64,000 bases of DNA from the NCBI GenBank assembly GCA_963663765.2, contig CAXXUA010000004.1, positions 640,001 to 704,000 of the forward strand. The letters run 5' to 3'. The notes beneath the pieces are model-generated. The model had not been told where the DNA came from, ran no database searches, and saw nothing but the letters and a program-made list of their open reading frames with translations. Below are positions 30,267-39,189 of the stretch, one piece after another. The position numbers were made by a program, and so were the translations under genes. Position 1 is the first letter of the stretch. Every line of letters begins with the position of its first letter. Source of the DNA: Candidatus Poribacteria bacterium. GTDB taxonomy: Bacteria; Poribacteria; WGA-4E; WGA-3G.

Positions 30267-31871
30267 ATGCTTCTGACACTCAAACAAGCAAGCCAATGGG
30301 CATCAGACTTCCTCAATAGGAACGTTACCACTGCAAATATTTCCTACTTGATACAGTATGGGCAAATTGAACCAGTACTGAAGAATGGGACAACGTTGGT
30401 TTCATTGGATAGTCTTGAAGAATATTATGGACAAAGCAATCGTGAAAGGCATTGGAAAAACGAACTCGGGGATGACCTGAATTGGGCTCTGTCTTTTGAG
30501 GAGTACAAAGAAGCAGAGACGACAAAACATGTTCATCGATTACATCCTTACAAAGGTAAATTCATTCCGCAATTGGTTGAATACTTTTTAGACCGACATA
30601 AAGACGAATTTAAAAAGGATACATATTTCAAACCTGAAGACATTGTTCTTGATCCGTTTTGTGGCAGTGGAACTACCTTGGTGCAAGCAAACGAACTCGG
30701 AATGCATGCAATTAGGATTGATGTTTCAGCATTTAATACATTCATAAGCAATGCAAAAGTAGACACATTCAACTATGTTCATCTATATGATGTAGGAATG
30801 AAAATTACAGCATCACTTAAGAATCTTGTTGCACAATCGGGGGTAATTGAGTTTGAAATCCAACTTGGGGATAAACTCAAAGAATACAACAATGTGTACT
30901 TTCCCGTTTCGTTCAAACGCAAAGTTAGAAACGGTGAAATAGATCAGAAAAAGTATGGAACTGAGAAAGAGAAAGCTTTTATTGATACCTACTCTCAATT
31001 GGTATCTGAGCATCAGATTGATATAAATATGCCACAGGACTCTGCGCGTTTTATGAAACAGTGGTATCTGCCGGAAGTCAGAGCAGAAATAGATTTTGTC
31101 TACAATGAAATACGTAAAGTAGAAGATACGTCACTACAAAAAGCATTGATGCTGATTTTAAGCAGGACGATTCGTTCTTGTAGAGCTACAACGCACGCAG
31201 ATTTAGGAACTTTACGGAAACCTGTTACAACAACTTATTATTGCCGTAAGCATGGAAAAATATGTAAACCACTTTTTTCCATTTTAGGATGGTGGGAAAG
31301 ATATTGTAAAGATAGCCTACAAAGATGGATTGAATTCAGTAAGATAAAGACAGATACATTTCAACATTGCATTACGGGTGATTCTCAAACGATTGATATC
31401 TTTCCAGTTTTAAAGCAGGAAAAATCAGAATTGCTTAAATTAGCAAAAGAACAGAAAATTAATGGCATCTTTACAAGTCCACCTTATGTTGGCCTCATCA
31501 ACTATCATGAGCAACACGCGTATGCTTATGATTTGTTTGGTTTCAAAAGATTAGATGAGTTAGAAATTGGACCGTTGTTTAGAGGAAAAGGAAGAGAAGC
31601 GAGAGAATCTTATGTTCAAGGTGTTGCACAGGTATTCAAAAACTGCAAGAAGTATTTAGCAGATGATTACAATGTCTTTGTTGTGGCAAATGATAAGTTT
31701 AATATGTATCCTACCATTGCAGAAATTGCAGGTATGCACATAGTTAATGAACATAAGCGACCAGTACTAAATCGCACAGAAAAAAATCGTGAGTCAGCGT
31801 ATTCCGAAACTATATTCCATTTGAAAAACATACCTGGTAAAAAGGTTATGTCACATGAAAAATACTTTTGA
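30267..31871 (+). CDS. Orphan N4-cytosine-type DNA methyltransferase with N-terminal HTH
   Basis: AAGGA RBS; 'HRLHPYKGKFIPQL', motif I 'DPFCGSGTT', motif IV 'TSPPY'. Confidence 0.9.
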   Translation: MLLTLKQASQWASDFLNRNVTTANISYLIQYGQIEPVLKNGTTLVSLDSLEEYYGQSNRERHWKNELGDDLNWALSFEEYKEAETTKHVHRLHPYKGKFIPQLVEYFLDRHKDEFKKDTYFKPEDIVLDPFCGSGTTLVQANELGMHAIRIDVSAFNTFISNAKVDTFNYVHLYDVGMKITASLKNLVAQSGVIEFEIQLGDKLKEYNNVYFPVSFKRKVRNGEIDQKKYGTEKEKAFIDTYSQLVSEHQIDINMPQDSARFMKQWYLPEVRAEIDFVYNEIRKVEDTSLQKALMLILSRTIRSCRATTHADLGTLRKPVTTTYYCRKHGKICKPLFSILGWWERYCKDSLQRWIEFSKIKTDTFQHCITGDSQTIDIFPVLKQEKSELLKLAKEQKINGIFTSPPYVGLINYHEQHAYAYDLFGFKRLDELEIGPLFRGKGREARESYVQGVAQVFKNCKKYLADDYNVFVVANDKFNMYPTIAEIAGMHIVNEHKRPVLNRTEKNRESAYSETIFHLKNIPGKKVMSHEKYF

Positions 31872-31910
31872 AACAACAAATTATGGTATGAACGACTTGG
31901 AGGAAAATTA

Positions 31911-32642
31911 ATGTCTCAAATCAAATCGGTGTTGCTATGGGAAAACCAAAGGCGTTATATCCGTGAAGCGATAGATGCAGGCACGCTCATTGGAGCGATA
32001 ATACCAACAGGCAGCACTGAACAACATAACGAACACTTGGCAATGTATCACGATACGCAGAGTGCGGTGTATGTATCCAAACTGGCAGCAGCAAAGTTGT
32101 TTCCACAGGTGATTGTTACTACGCCACTGGCAATCGGTGTATCGGAACACTGGATGGATCACAAAGGCACACTAACCTTACGTCCTGAGGTGTTTTGTGA
32201 GGTGCTCTACGATGTTGCAGATAGTGTGCGTAGACACGGTATAAGCAATATTCTGATTTGCAATGGTCACGCTGGTAATTCCGCGCCTGTCCATAATGTG
32301 TTAGATGAATACCAAGAAAGACTTGGTATCAACATTGCGTTTCATTCTTATTGGGAAGCGTATAGCAGTGAGTTGGTTGAGGAACAGATGGAATCTGGAG
32401 AATGTCCCGGACATGCAGCAGAATTTGAAACAGCGTTTGCACTTGCTGCATTTGCTGAAAACGTTGATTGGAACGGTGTTGACTACGTTAGTGCAAGGCT
32501 TACTATATCTAATGAAAATCAAGCAAAATCTGACCGTAAATATCATAACCATGCTAAACTTGCATCAGCAGAAAAAGGTCAGGTCATGATAGATGTCGCT
32601 GTGAATTGGGTAGCGGAAAAGATGCAAGAGATGATGTCGTAA
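31911..32642 (+). CDS. Creatininase family amidohydrolase
   Basis: 'PTGSTEQHNEHL..HD', 'GVSEHW...GTL', 'NGHAGN', 'HAAEFET'. Confidence 0.92.
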   Translation: MSQIKSVLLWENQRRYIREAIDAGTLIGAIIPTGSTEQHNEHLAMYHDTQSAVYVSKLAAAKLFPQVIVTTPLAIGVSEHWMDHKGTLTLRPEVFCEVLYDVADSVRRHGISNILICNGHAGNSAPVHNVLDEYQERLGINIAFHSYWEAYSSELVEEQMESGECPGHAAEFETAFALAAFAENVDWNGVDYVSARLTISNENQAKSDRKYHNHAKLASAEKGQVMIDVAVNWVAEKMQEMMS

Positions 32643-32847
32643 TTTATTCTTGCTGTAGGTGAGGATTGTTAGTCTTGTCTATATCAGAACGACTAAATGC
32701 GGGGTTATTAATGGTGAAATTTGACATACTCCCCAATCTGAATGGTTTACTCGGTAATAAATATTGGTATTTTGGACACCCTAAATTCACCCTTGTTTAT
32801 CCCCCAGCAAGCGAGGTGAAGGGACTTTTGGGTTTATTCTGTTCGTT

Positions 32848-33353
32848 CTATATAATACTATACGGCACATTGGCACAGATAGAAGCAAGCCCTTGTAGGC
32901 TATTATCTTGTTCTTTTCCCGGACACATCACCCTGGCTGCCGGAAATAGGCGCGTGCCTTCTGGTGTTTCACAGAGCCATCCGATCGCAACAAACTGGTG
33001 GCCGTAATGGAACTTGGATTGATTTTTGTTACGTTTGTTATACAGAGTGTTTCTGAAAAAATGTGTGCCATATTGATGACGACCCTCGTTAGTAGACTTG
33101 GTTTCATCATAAACATAAACACCCTTGCTGTAAACTTTTTGAACTTGTTGTGTCAGAACGGATGTGAGTTCATCAATACACCATTGGCTACGGGATAGAA
33201 ACTTCGGTAAAGTCCAATAGGTTGTTGTAGTTTTTTTGATTGATACATCTGTGTCATCGTTCCACGATTGGATGTAGAGATCAAACCTTGGACGAATGTT
33301 TGAAAATTGCTAAAGTTATTATAATTGAAGATCCACTGATATTCTGATAACAT
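32848..33353 (-). pseudogene. IS701-like transposase 5' fragment
   Basis: A frameshift in the A-run near 33235 joins 'FQTFVQGLI...RGTMTQ' to 'KFLSRSQW...VYDETKS...G...YGHQFVAIGWL'; truncated downstream. Confidence 0.55.
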
Positions 33354-33516
33354 TGTATATAAGTGTGAAAGAGGTTTGATTGTAATATCCTTTCAAAGAA
33401 ATTTATATTTTAAAAAGGATAACCTCTCTTCTACGTTTTGTCACTAAAAATCTTAAAACTGTCCAAACTATAGAAAACTTTAATGCAACACAATTTTTAG
33501 ATATGGACAGCACTTT

Positions 33517-33747
33517 ATGAAAATAAACAAAGATCTAAATTGGAAAAAGTTCTTTTTTAGGCTTACGATAGTCCTCTCAAGCATAGCCTTTATTATCGGT
33601 GGTAACATAGATACTTATGGCGATCTGTTTGTTTTACTCCACGGGATAGTCGTTGCCAGTTCTGTCTGGGCATTATACTTTGCAATCTGGGCATTATATT
33701 TTGCAATCCGTTGGATCTATAAAGGGTTACAGCATCAAGACAAATAG
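33517..33747 (+). CDS. Small two-TM membrane protein
   Basis: Two hydrophobic helices; 21-bp internal duplication (WALYFAI x2). Confidence 0.6.
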   Translation: MKINKDLNWKKFFFRLTIVLSSIAFIIGGNIDTYGDLFVLLHGIVVASSVWALYFAIWALYFAIRWIYKGLQHQDK

Positions 33748-34009
33748 TGAATGGACACAACACTATTACCGGACGAATAAATTGTTAGCATTTAATGATC
33801 TTCAAGTCGGAATGAGATTCCGCTCAACGCAACCAGTATTCAGAGGGGATAATATAGAATTCCCCACAGGCTCAGAATTTGAAATCGTCCAATTAAAACA
33901 GAACTGGATAAAACTCAAATGTGACGAAGAACGACATCATACCTTTGTGCGCCCAGTCCTCCGCCCCGAAAACGAACCAGAAGACTATTTCCAGCACGTC
34001 ACCCTCAAC

Positions 34010-34125
34010 TATAGAATAAAACATAAAATTATTTAGACATTTTGTAGCACAAGCTTTTAGTTTGTGCAGATATGTTCAGTTTCCTAACCAAACATATTGT
34101 CTTATTAATTCTAAAGTCTACTATA
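34010..34125. mobile_element. MITE family A copy carrying a GTAGCACA...TGTGC REP
   Basis: Right end TGTCTTATTAATTCTAAAGTCTACTATA matches the reverse complement of 842-869; internal GTAGCACAAGCTTTTAGTTTGTGC. Confidence 0.55.
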
Positions 34126-34190
34126 ATCAGTAAACAATAGTGGTCAATATTATATTTGATGAACTCATAGGATTATGGTAAAATTGTATT

Positions 34191-34532
34191 ATGCAAATTA
34201 AACGTAGAAGTTTGCGTAATTATACTACGGCAGAAGGGCGGGAGCCTTTCCGAGATTGGATCACGCAGCTGCGTGATAAAAAGGCACGAGCTATCATTGC
34301 ACAACGAATCGAACGTTTACGATTAGGAAATCCTGGTGATTTCAAAAGAATAGATAAGGACTTATTTGAGTTACGAATTCACTCTGGACCTGGATATCGG
34401 GTATATTACACCATTTTTCGAGACACAGTCGTAATTTTACTTTGTGGCGGTTCCAAAAGAACACAACAACAAGATATTGCAAGAGCACAAAACTATTGTG
34501 ATGATTTTTTACAACGAACAATTGGAGAATAA
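34191..34532 (+). CDS. Type II TA toxin, RelE/ParE family (addiction module killer protein)
   Basis: 'RIERLRLGNPGD.K...ELRIHSGPGYRVY...LLCGGSKRTQQQDI'. Confidence 0.92.
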   Translation: MQIKRRSLRNYTTAEGREPFRDWITQLRDKKARAIIAQRIERLRLGNPGDFKRIDKDLFELRIHSGPGYRVYYTIFRDTVVILLCGGSKRTQQQDIARAQNYCDDFLQRTIGE

Positions 34533-34534
34533 AA

Positions 34535-34843
34535 ATGGATATTGAAAAACAACTCACAGGATGTACAACAAGTTTTGACGATACCTTGCATGAATTGCTC
34601 TCGGATCCGGAAACTACTAAATATTATTTGGAAACCTCGTTGGAATCCTACGAAAAGGATAATAACATTGAAATACTTATGCAATCTGTGCGAAATGTTA
34701 TTGAAGCACAAGGCGGATTCGTGAAACTTGCTGAACGCACGAATAGAGATCTGAAACACCTCTATGCCGTATTTAACGGAAAACAGCCGCCGCAATTGAA
34801 TAACCTTCAGGATATTCTGATAGATTTAGGTATCCAGCCCTGA
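34535..34843 (+). CDS. Addiction module antidote protein (HTH)
   Basis: Directly downstream of the toxin; 'YLE...RNVIEAQGG..KLAE.T....LY...P' pattern. Confidence 0.88.
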   Translation: MDIEKQLTGCTTSFDDTLHELLSDPETTKYYLETSLESYEKDNNIEILMQSVRNVIEAQGGFVKLAERTNRDLKHLYAVFNGKQPPQLNNLQDILIDLGIQP

Positions 34844-34902
34844 ATCAACTCAAATTGTTTCGTTTTTGGTGAACACCAAATATGTGACACAATATATCTC
34901 CT

Positions 34903-35160
34903 TTATGCAATTGGTGGTTTGTTATGCATCCTGAAAAACGCATTCAATGCTTCCGCCAAGATGTCTTGAGTCGTCATATTATTCTCAACACCGAGATGTT
35001 TTAACTGGCGATACACATCGTCGTTAAAATACCCACCTATATGTCTTTTCTTGGTTTTTTCCTTGACTACAGGCATAGATGCAACGGCTTCAGGTTCAGT
35101 TTGCAACTCATTTTCATTAACATTAAAAACTTCCGCAAGATTTACCTTTTGTTTGGACAT
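34903..35160 (-). CDS. ParG-like ribbon-helix-helix partition protein
   Basis: Follows parA by 1 bp; C-terminal 'HIGGYFNDDVYRQLK.L......QDILAEALN.FF....KPPIA'. Confidence 0.8.
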   Translation of the reverse strand: MSKQKVNLAEVFNVNENELQTEPEAVASMPVVKEKTKKRHIGGYFNDDVYRQLKHLGVENNMTTQDILAEALNAFFRMHNKPPIA

Positions 35161-35161
35161 G

Positions 35162-35782
35162 TTATACCCTCATTTCTTTTGATATGTATTTATACAACGC
35201 TTGTATTTCTTGACTGGCTTTTCCACGCGGTTCAAACTCTTGCACAGTCAATCCAGCATTATACGAATCAAGAAACGCTCCACGATCCCCTATATTACAT
35301 GGAGCACAAGGTATATCAAATACTTTGACTGCCTCGCGTGCTTGATCCACCCGATTGCCTCTTGATGGAACAGCATTGAAAACAATCCGTGCTGGCACAT
35401 TCGCGATACGAATGACGTTGACCGTTGACGGAATTGCTTCAAGTTCAACAAGCGCAGGTTTACAAGGAATCAACACGATTTCTGCAGCGGTTGCCGCATC
35501 TAGTGCTGCTGTTTCTGTGTGTGGTGCTGTATCAATGATAGCAAGGGTAGCGCCGCTTTCTTTCGCTCTGTTTATGGTTTCCGCCAACCTTGAGACTGGA
35601 TTCGTCACCACAAAAGGCGTTTCGTCTTCACGATGATCTTTCCACTTCGCAGCAGATGCTTGTGGATCCAGATCAATCAAGATGACTGTATGCCCAGACC
35701 TTTCTGCCTCAACAGCAAGATGCACAGCAAGTGTTGTTTTCCCTGTGCCTCCTTTTCGGGAAAGAATGGCTAAAGTTTTCAT
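35162..35782 (-). CDS. parA: ParA family ATPase (short type Ib)
   Basis: 'SRKGGTGKTT', 'IDLDPQAS', 'IIDTAP'; start at MKTLAI (35782). Confidence 0.93.
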   Translation of the reverse strand: MKTLAILSRKGGTGKTTLAVHLAVEAERSGHTVILIDLDPQASAAKWKDHREDETPFVVTNPVSRLAETINRAKESGATLAIIDTAPHTETAALDAATAAEIVLIPCKPALVELEAIPSTVNVIRIANVPARIVFNAVPSRGNRVDQAREAVKVFDIPCAPCNIGDRGAFLDSYNAGLTVQEFEPRGKASQEIQALYKYISKEMRV

Positions 35783-36131
35783 AATATCCCCATTCATCAA
35801 TCCTGCAAGGTTGCAGTTTTTCAGAATTGATGACTTGATAGATTGCAGGATTAATGTCGTGTTTGTTAGGTAGAGACGACATAAAATCAGACATGAAGAA
35901 TTACACGTAAAGTTAATAAATTGAGAAGGTATTCTGAGCAATAAAAAAGCAGAACCTACATCCACCGGGGAGTGTTCAGTAATTTTGTGTAATCGTAATT
36001 ATAAAACGCTATTTGGTCATGGGTTTTTTGACATACTGACGCTTTGATGGTATAATACCTGAAGTGTAGCAAAGTAGAAATTAGTAGACATCTACTTGTC
36101 AAGCGATTGCCTTTAGACAAAAGGGGACTTA

Positions 36132-36578
36132 ATGCGTGTCCATAGAGAGATTTCTGTCTACTCAAAAGAACGCGAAATACCGGATTATAACCTTATCGGT
36201 GTCATCAAAATCCTAAATAAAAATGACCTTGTTGATATAGAGATAAGCGAGGATGAACAAGTTATTACTGGAACAGAAGATGATATTGTGATGTTGGGGC
36301 TCGTGGCAAGTAAGTTTACACTTGAGGGATACCAGAAAACTTTTTCTTTGACATTTATGCACATTGACGAAGCAACAAATATGATGGGAGTGTCTAAAGA
36401 GCAAGTATATGGAATCAATGGAAGAACTCGCTGCCGTAGGTTTACAAGACCATTACATTGACGAATCAGGGAACATGACAATCATACAGTTTCATTCAGG
36501 AAAACCTATAAAGAATCAGAGTCAACCTCGCCCTAAACGGGATAAAGTGAGAAGACGTAGACGACGCAAGAAGAGATA
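36132..36578 (+). pseudogene. Hypothetical protein, apparently frameshifted near 36410
   Basis: ORF 36132-36461 continues plausibly in another frame as 'MEELAAVGL...KVRRRRRRKKR*'. Confidence 0.4.
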
Positions 36579-36703
36579 ATAGCACACCTTTTCTCTTTGA
36601 TTTCTTTTAGATCGTGCTAAAATAGCTTTTGATAAATGGACTTATCAAAAGCTATAGGCGATGTTCTGGATACGCACTTTGTTATCTGTTAATTCACTTA
36701 GGG

Positions 36704-36880
36704 TTACTTCAATATCAACATTTTACGAGTAGCAGTGAAATTGCCGGCACTGAAGACATAGAAATACACACTACTTGCTACAGTTTCACCGATAACATTT
36801 ATTCCATCTCAATACGTAGCACGACTACGGTGATAATAAAAACCTACTGCCTGATGTCCTAATGCTAACTTCCGGATCAA
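36704..36880 (-). pseudogene. Relic of the Poribacteria-type FlgD/T9SS-like C-terminal domain
   Basis: 'RKLALGHQAVGFY..RSRATY*DG...GETVASSVYFY...AGNFTATRKMLILK*' matches the end of 39190-41307. Confidence 0.8.
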
Positions 36881-37158
36881 TTGCCCATTTTTTATACCGT
36901 TTTTAATTGAACATTTACCAATAGGGAAAAAGGGTTCAATACTGGAAGAGGGAATTCCGATATTTGGCTTATTACGATATCTGATCAAGTCAACAGCAAA
37001 TGCGCCTACAGCATTTGGCGAATCACAGGATTTTTAGGATTAGTGATCTCGTTGATTTCAATTTGTTTTTTGTGAAATATTGATGAAATAGGTGGGTTAT
37101 TGACCATCTCATAAAATTCGTAAGTTGTTGCTGAAATAAAGTTTGTTATTTTGAACTA

Positions 37159-37791
37159 TCAGAGTCTCGCGTTTTTATTTCCCCACTTAGGATTAACTGA
37201 AGGAGCACAGAGGTGTTCACGGTTGTGTTCTAAAGCTGCAGCTTCCTTGTAGTGTCCCCCATTTTTCAATTCGGATATTTTCCGATTATAGTATTTAATT
37301 GCGCGCAAGTATACTTGTTCTGCTGTCAGACCGTCTGCAAACGCTCTATCTATTTCAGAGTCACAGTCGAAAAAAGCATCAGAAACATGCATGTAAACAA
37401 TGTGTTCAACGTCATAACCAAAAAAAGCGAGACATCCGTGCTTCACAAAATCTGGTCCAAGTTCAGTAGCAGTTTGACAAGCAAAAAAGTGAACTATTTT
37501 ATTGTTTAGTTCTTTGGGGTGATACTCACCTATATCAAAAATAGGATCAGAATCTTCTCCCATATACACTGTGTCAGTCCCGTGTCCTACACCTGTTATG
37601 TAGGCAATATCTTCTTGGGATAATTTAGATTTAACATAAAAACGACGCGCTGATTGATCCTGACAACGTACAATTTCAAACCCTTTTGATTCCAAGTATG
37701 GATAAACATGTCGATTCCGATACTCACAAGAACCTTGTGTAATTTTATCATAATTGGAATCAATAGCAAGAATTTTCAAATCAAGTCTCAA
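37159..37791 (-). CDS. Putative clan CD (caspase/gingipain-like) cysteine protease
   Basis: Catalytic-dyad-like motifs 'YITGVGHG' and 'VHFFACQT', followed by 'G..AFFGY'. Confidence 0.7.
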   Translation of the reverse strand: MRLDLKILAIDSNYDKITQGSCEYRNRHVYPYLESKGFEIVRCQDQSARRFYVKSKLSQEDIAYITGVGHGTDTVYMGEDSDPIFDIGEYHPKELNNKIVHFFACQTATELGPDFVKHGCLAFFGYDVEHIVYMHVSDAFFDCDSEIDRAFADGLTAEQVYLRAIKYYNRKISELKNGGHYKEAAALEHNREHLCAPSVNPKWGNKNARL

Positions 37792-37836
37792 TTCAACACG
37801 TCGCTTTATGTCCGGGCTGTGCTTGTATTTTGTATA

Positions 37837-38175
37837 TCAAAGTTTTCCTTCACGGGCACTTTCAAGCAACATTCTAATCATTCGCTGCTCAATATCAATT
37901 AAGGTGCAACCCAAAGACGTTCGACGTTTCACTTCTTTGATGGCCCGTTTTTTGTCAATAATTTCTTTACCTATCGCGCTTATCTCAAATTGTGGACGTA
38001 ACCGAATGCGTTCTGCAACCAATTCTGACTTTATCTCAAGGGACAAATCGGTAAATGGCACTTGTTCGGGTTCTTTTTCTACCACTTCCCGTAAAGATAG
38101 CCATTGCCCGACAAGATCCATAGCCACCGGAGAACTCCAATGGTCTTCATAAGGCATTGGTACGTAATTCGTCAT
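37837..38175 (-). CDS. Hypothetical protein co-oriented with the protease
   Basis: AAGGAG RBS; 45 bp upstream of the protease ORF. Confidence 0.8.
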   Translation of the reverse strand: MTNYVPMPYEDHWSSPVAMDLVGQWLSLREVVEKEPEQVPFTDLSLEIKSELVAERIRLRPQFEISAIGKEIIDKKRAIKEVKRRTSLGCTLIDIEQRMIRMLLESAREGKL

Positions 38176-39189
38176 GGGTATCTCCTTTTATACTATAGTA
38201 TAAATAATTATATTATAATTATAGTAAATATAGAAATGTATGTCAAGTATATTAATATCGGATGTGTAAAGTTATTGCCAGACGGTATGTTGTATAAATC
38301 TCGGATTATCTGAATTTTCATATTCCAAGCCCTTAATATTTTTTCAAATATGACATAATTATTAACGGATTGGTTTCAAGAAAGAAGGGCAATCAAGCGT
38401 GAAAGACAGCTTGCGTGTAGGTTTACCGGATTATTCGGTATAATTATCAAAGCGTTTGGTGACCCTACCTGCTTACTTAGTTGTTCATCTATTAAAGTAT
38501 AACAATCAACGCATAAAGCATCGTTGTCAAACAGCATATTACATAGGGCGAATTCATCGTTGATAGGATCGCCCCTTGTTCTCATTGCTATACGAGCATC
38601 AAGCTTCCTAAACAAATCAAGGATACAAAGTGAATGCATTGTGTGAGATCTAGGGTTATTCCTATCAACAGCGTTATGATAAATATCTGGTTGTAAGCTT
38701 GAGAGGATGCTTGGTGGCATTCTTCACACACAATAGGTTTTAACTTTTTCAATAAAGCTTTGGTTCGTCTTTTATTCATTGTTTATTTCCTTTGTTGCTT
38801 TTTACGTATATAACGAACAATTAGATAGATAATGGGATAGAATATAGCAGTTGCTATAAGATAGTAAGGACTGTATTCAGGTTGAAATATTATACCTAAA
38901 GACCAGACAAGTGCAGCAACAGAATTGATTTTTCATCGTTTTGCAACTATGAAGACGATAATAGAAGGTAAGAACAACATGATATATCTCCTATATTTAT
39001 TAGACAATATAACGAATTAAGTGTTAATTTTAGTTAGTCTCTGTTAAACTTGTATTAATATCCATTTGGAGGCTAACTCATGACAGTTATCAGAAGGTAA
39101 AAGTTCTTAGAGAATCAACACGATCTTTTAGATATTTTTGTATTGATAAAGTGCGGGTTTTTTCGTCTCCCCGCAGGACGCACCACAAT

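Noticed and set aside
33653-34036. 127-aa ORF
   Set aside because: Its 5' part overlaps the membrane gene and its 3' end runs into a MITE end; probably a gene fragment whose family I cannot identify.
38376-38779. Two overlapping short minus-strand ORFs, possibly one frameshifted gene
   Set aside because: An RBS is present but there is no recognisable motif; insufficient support for a call.
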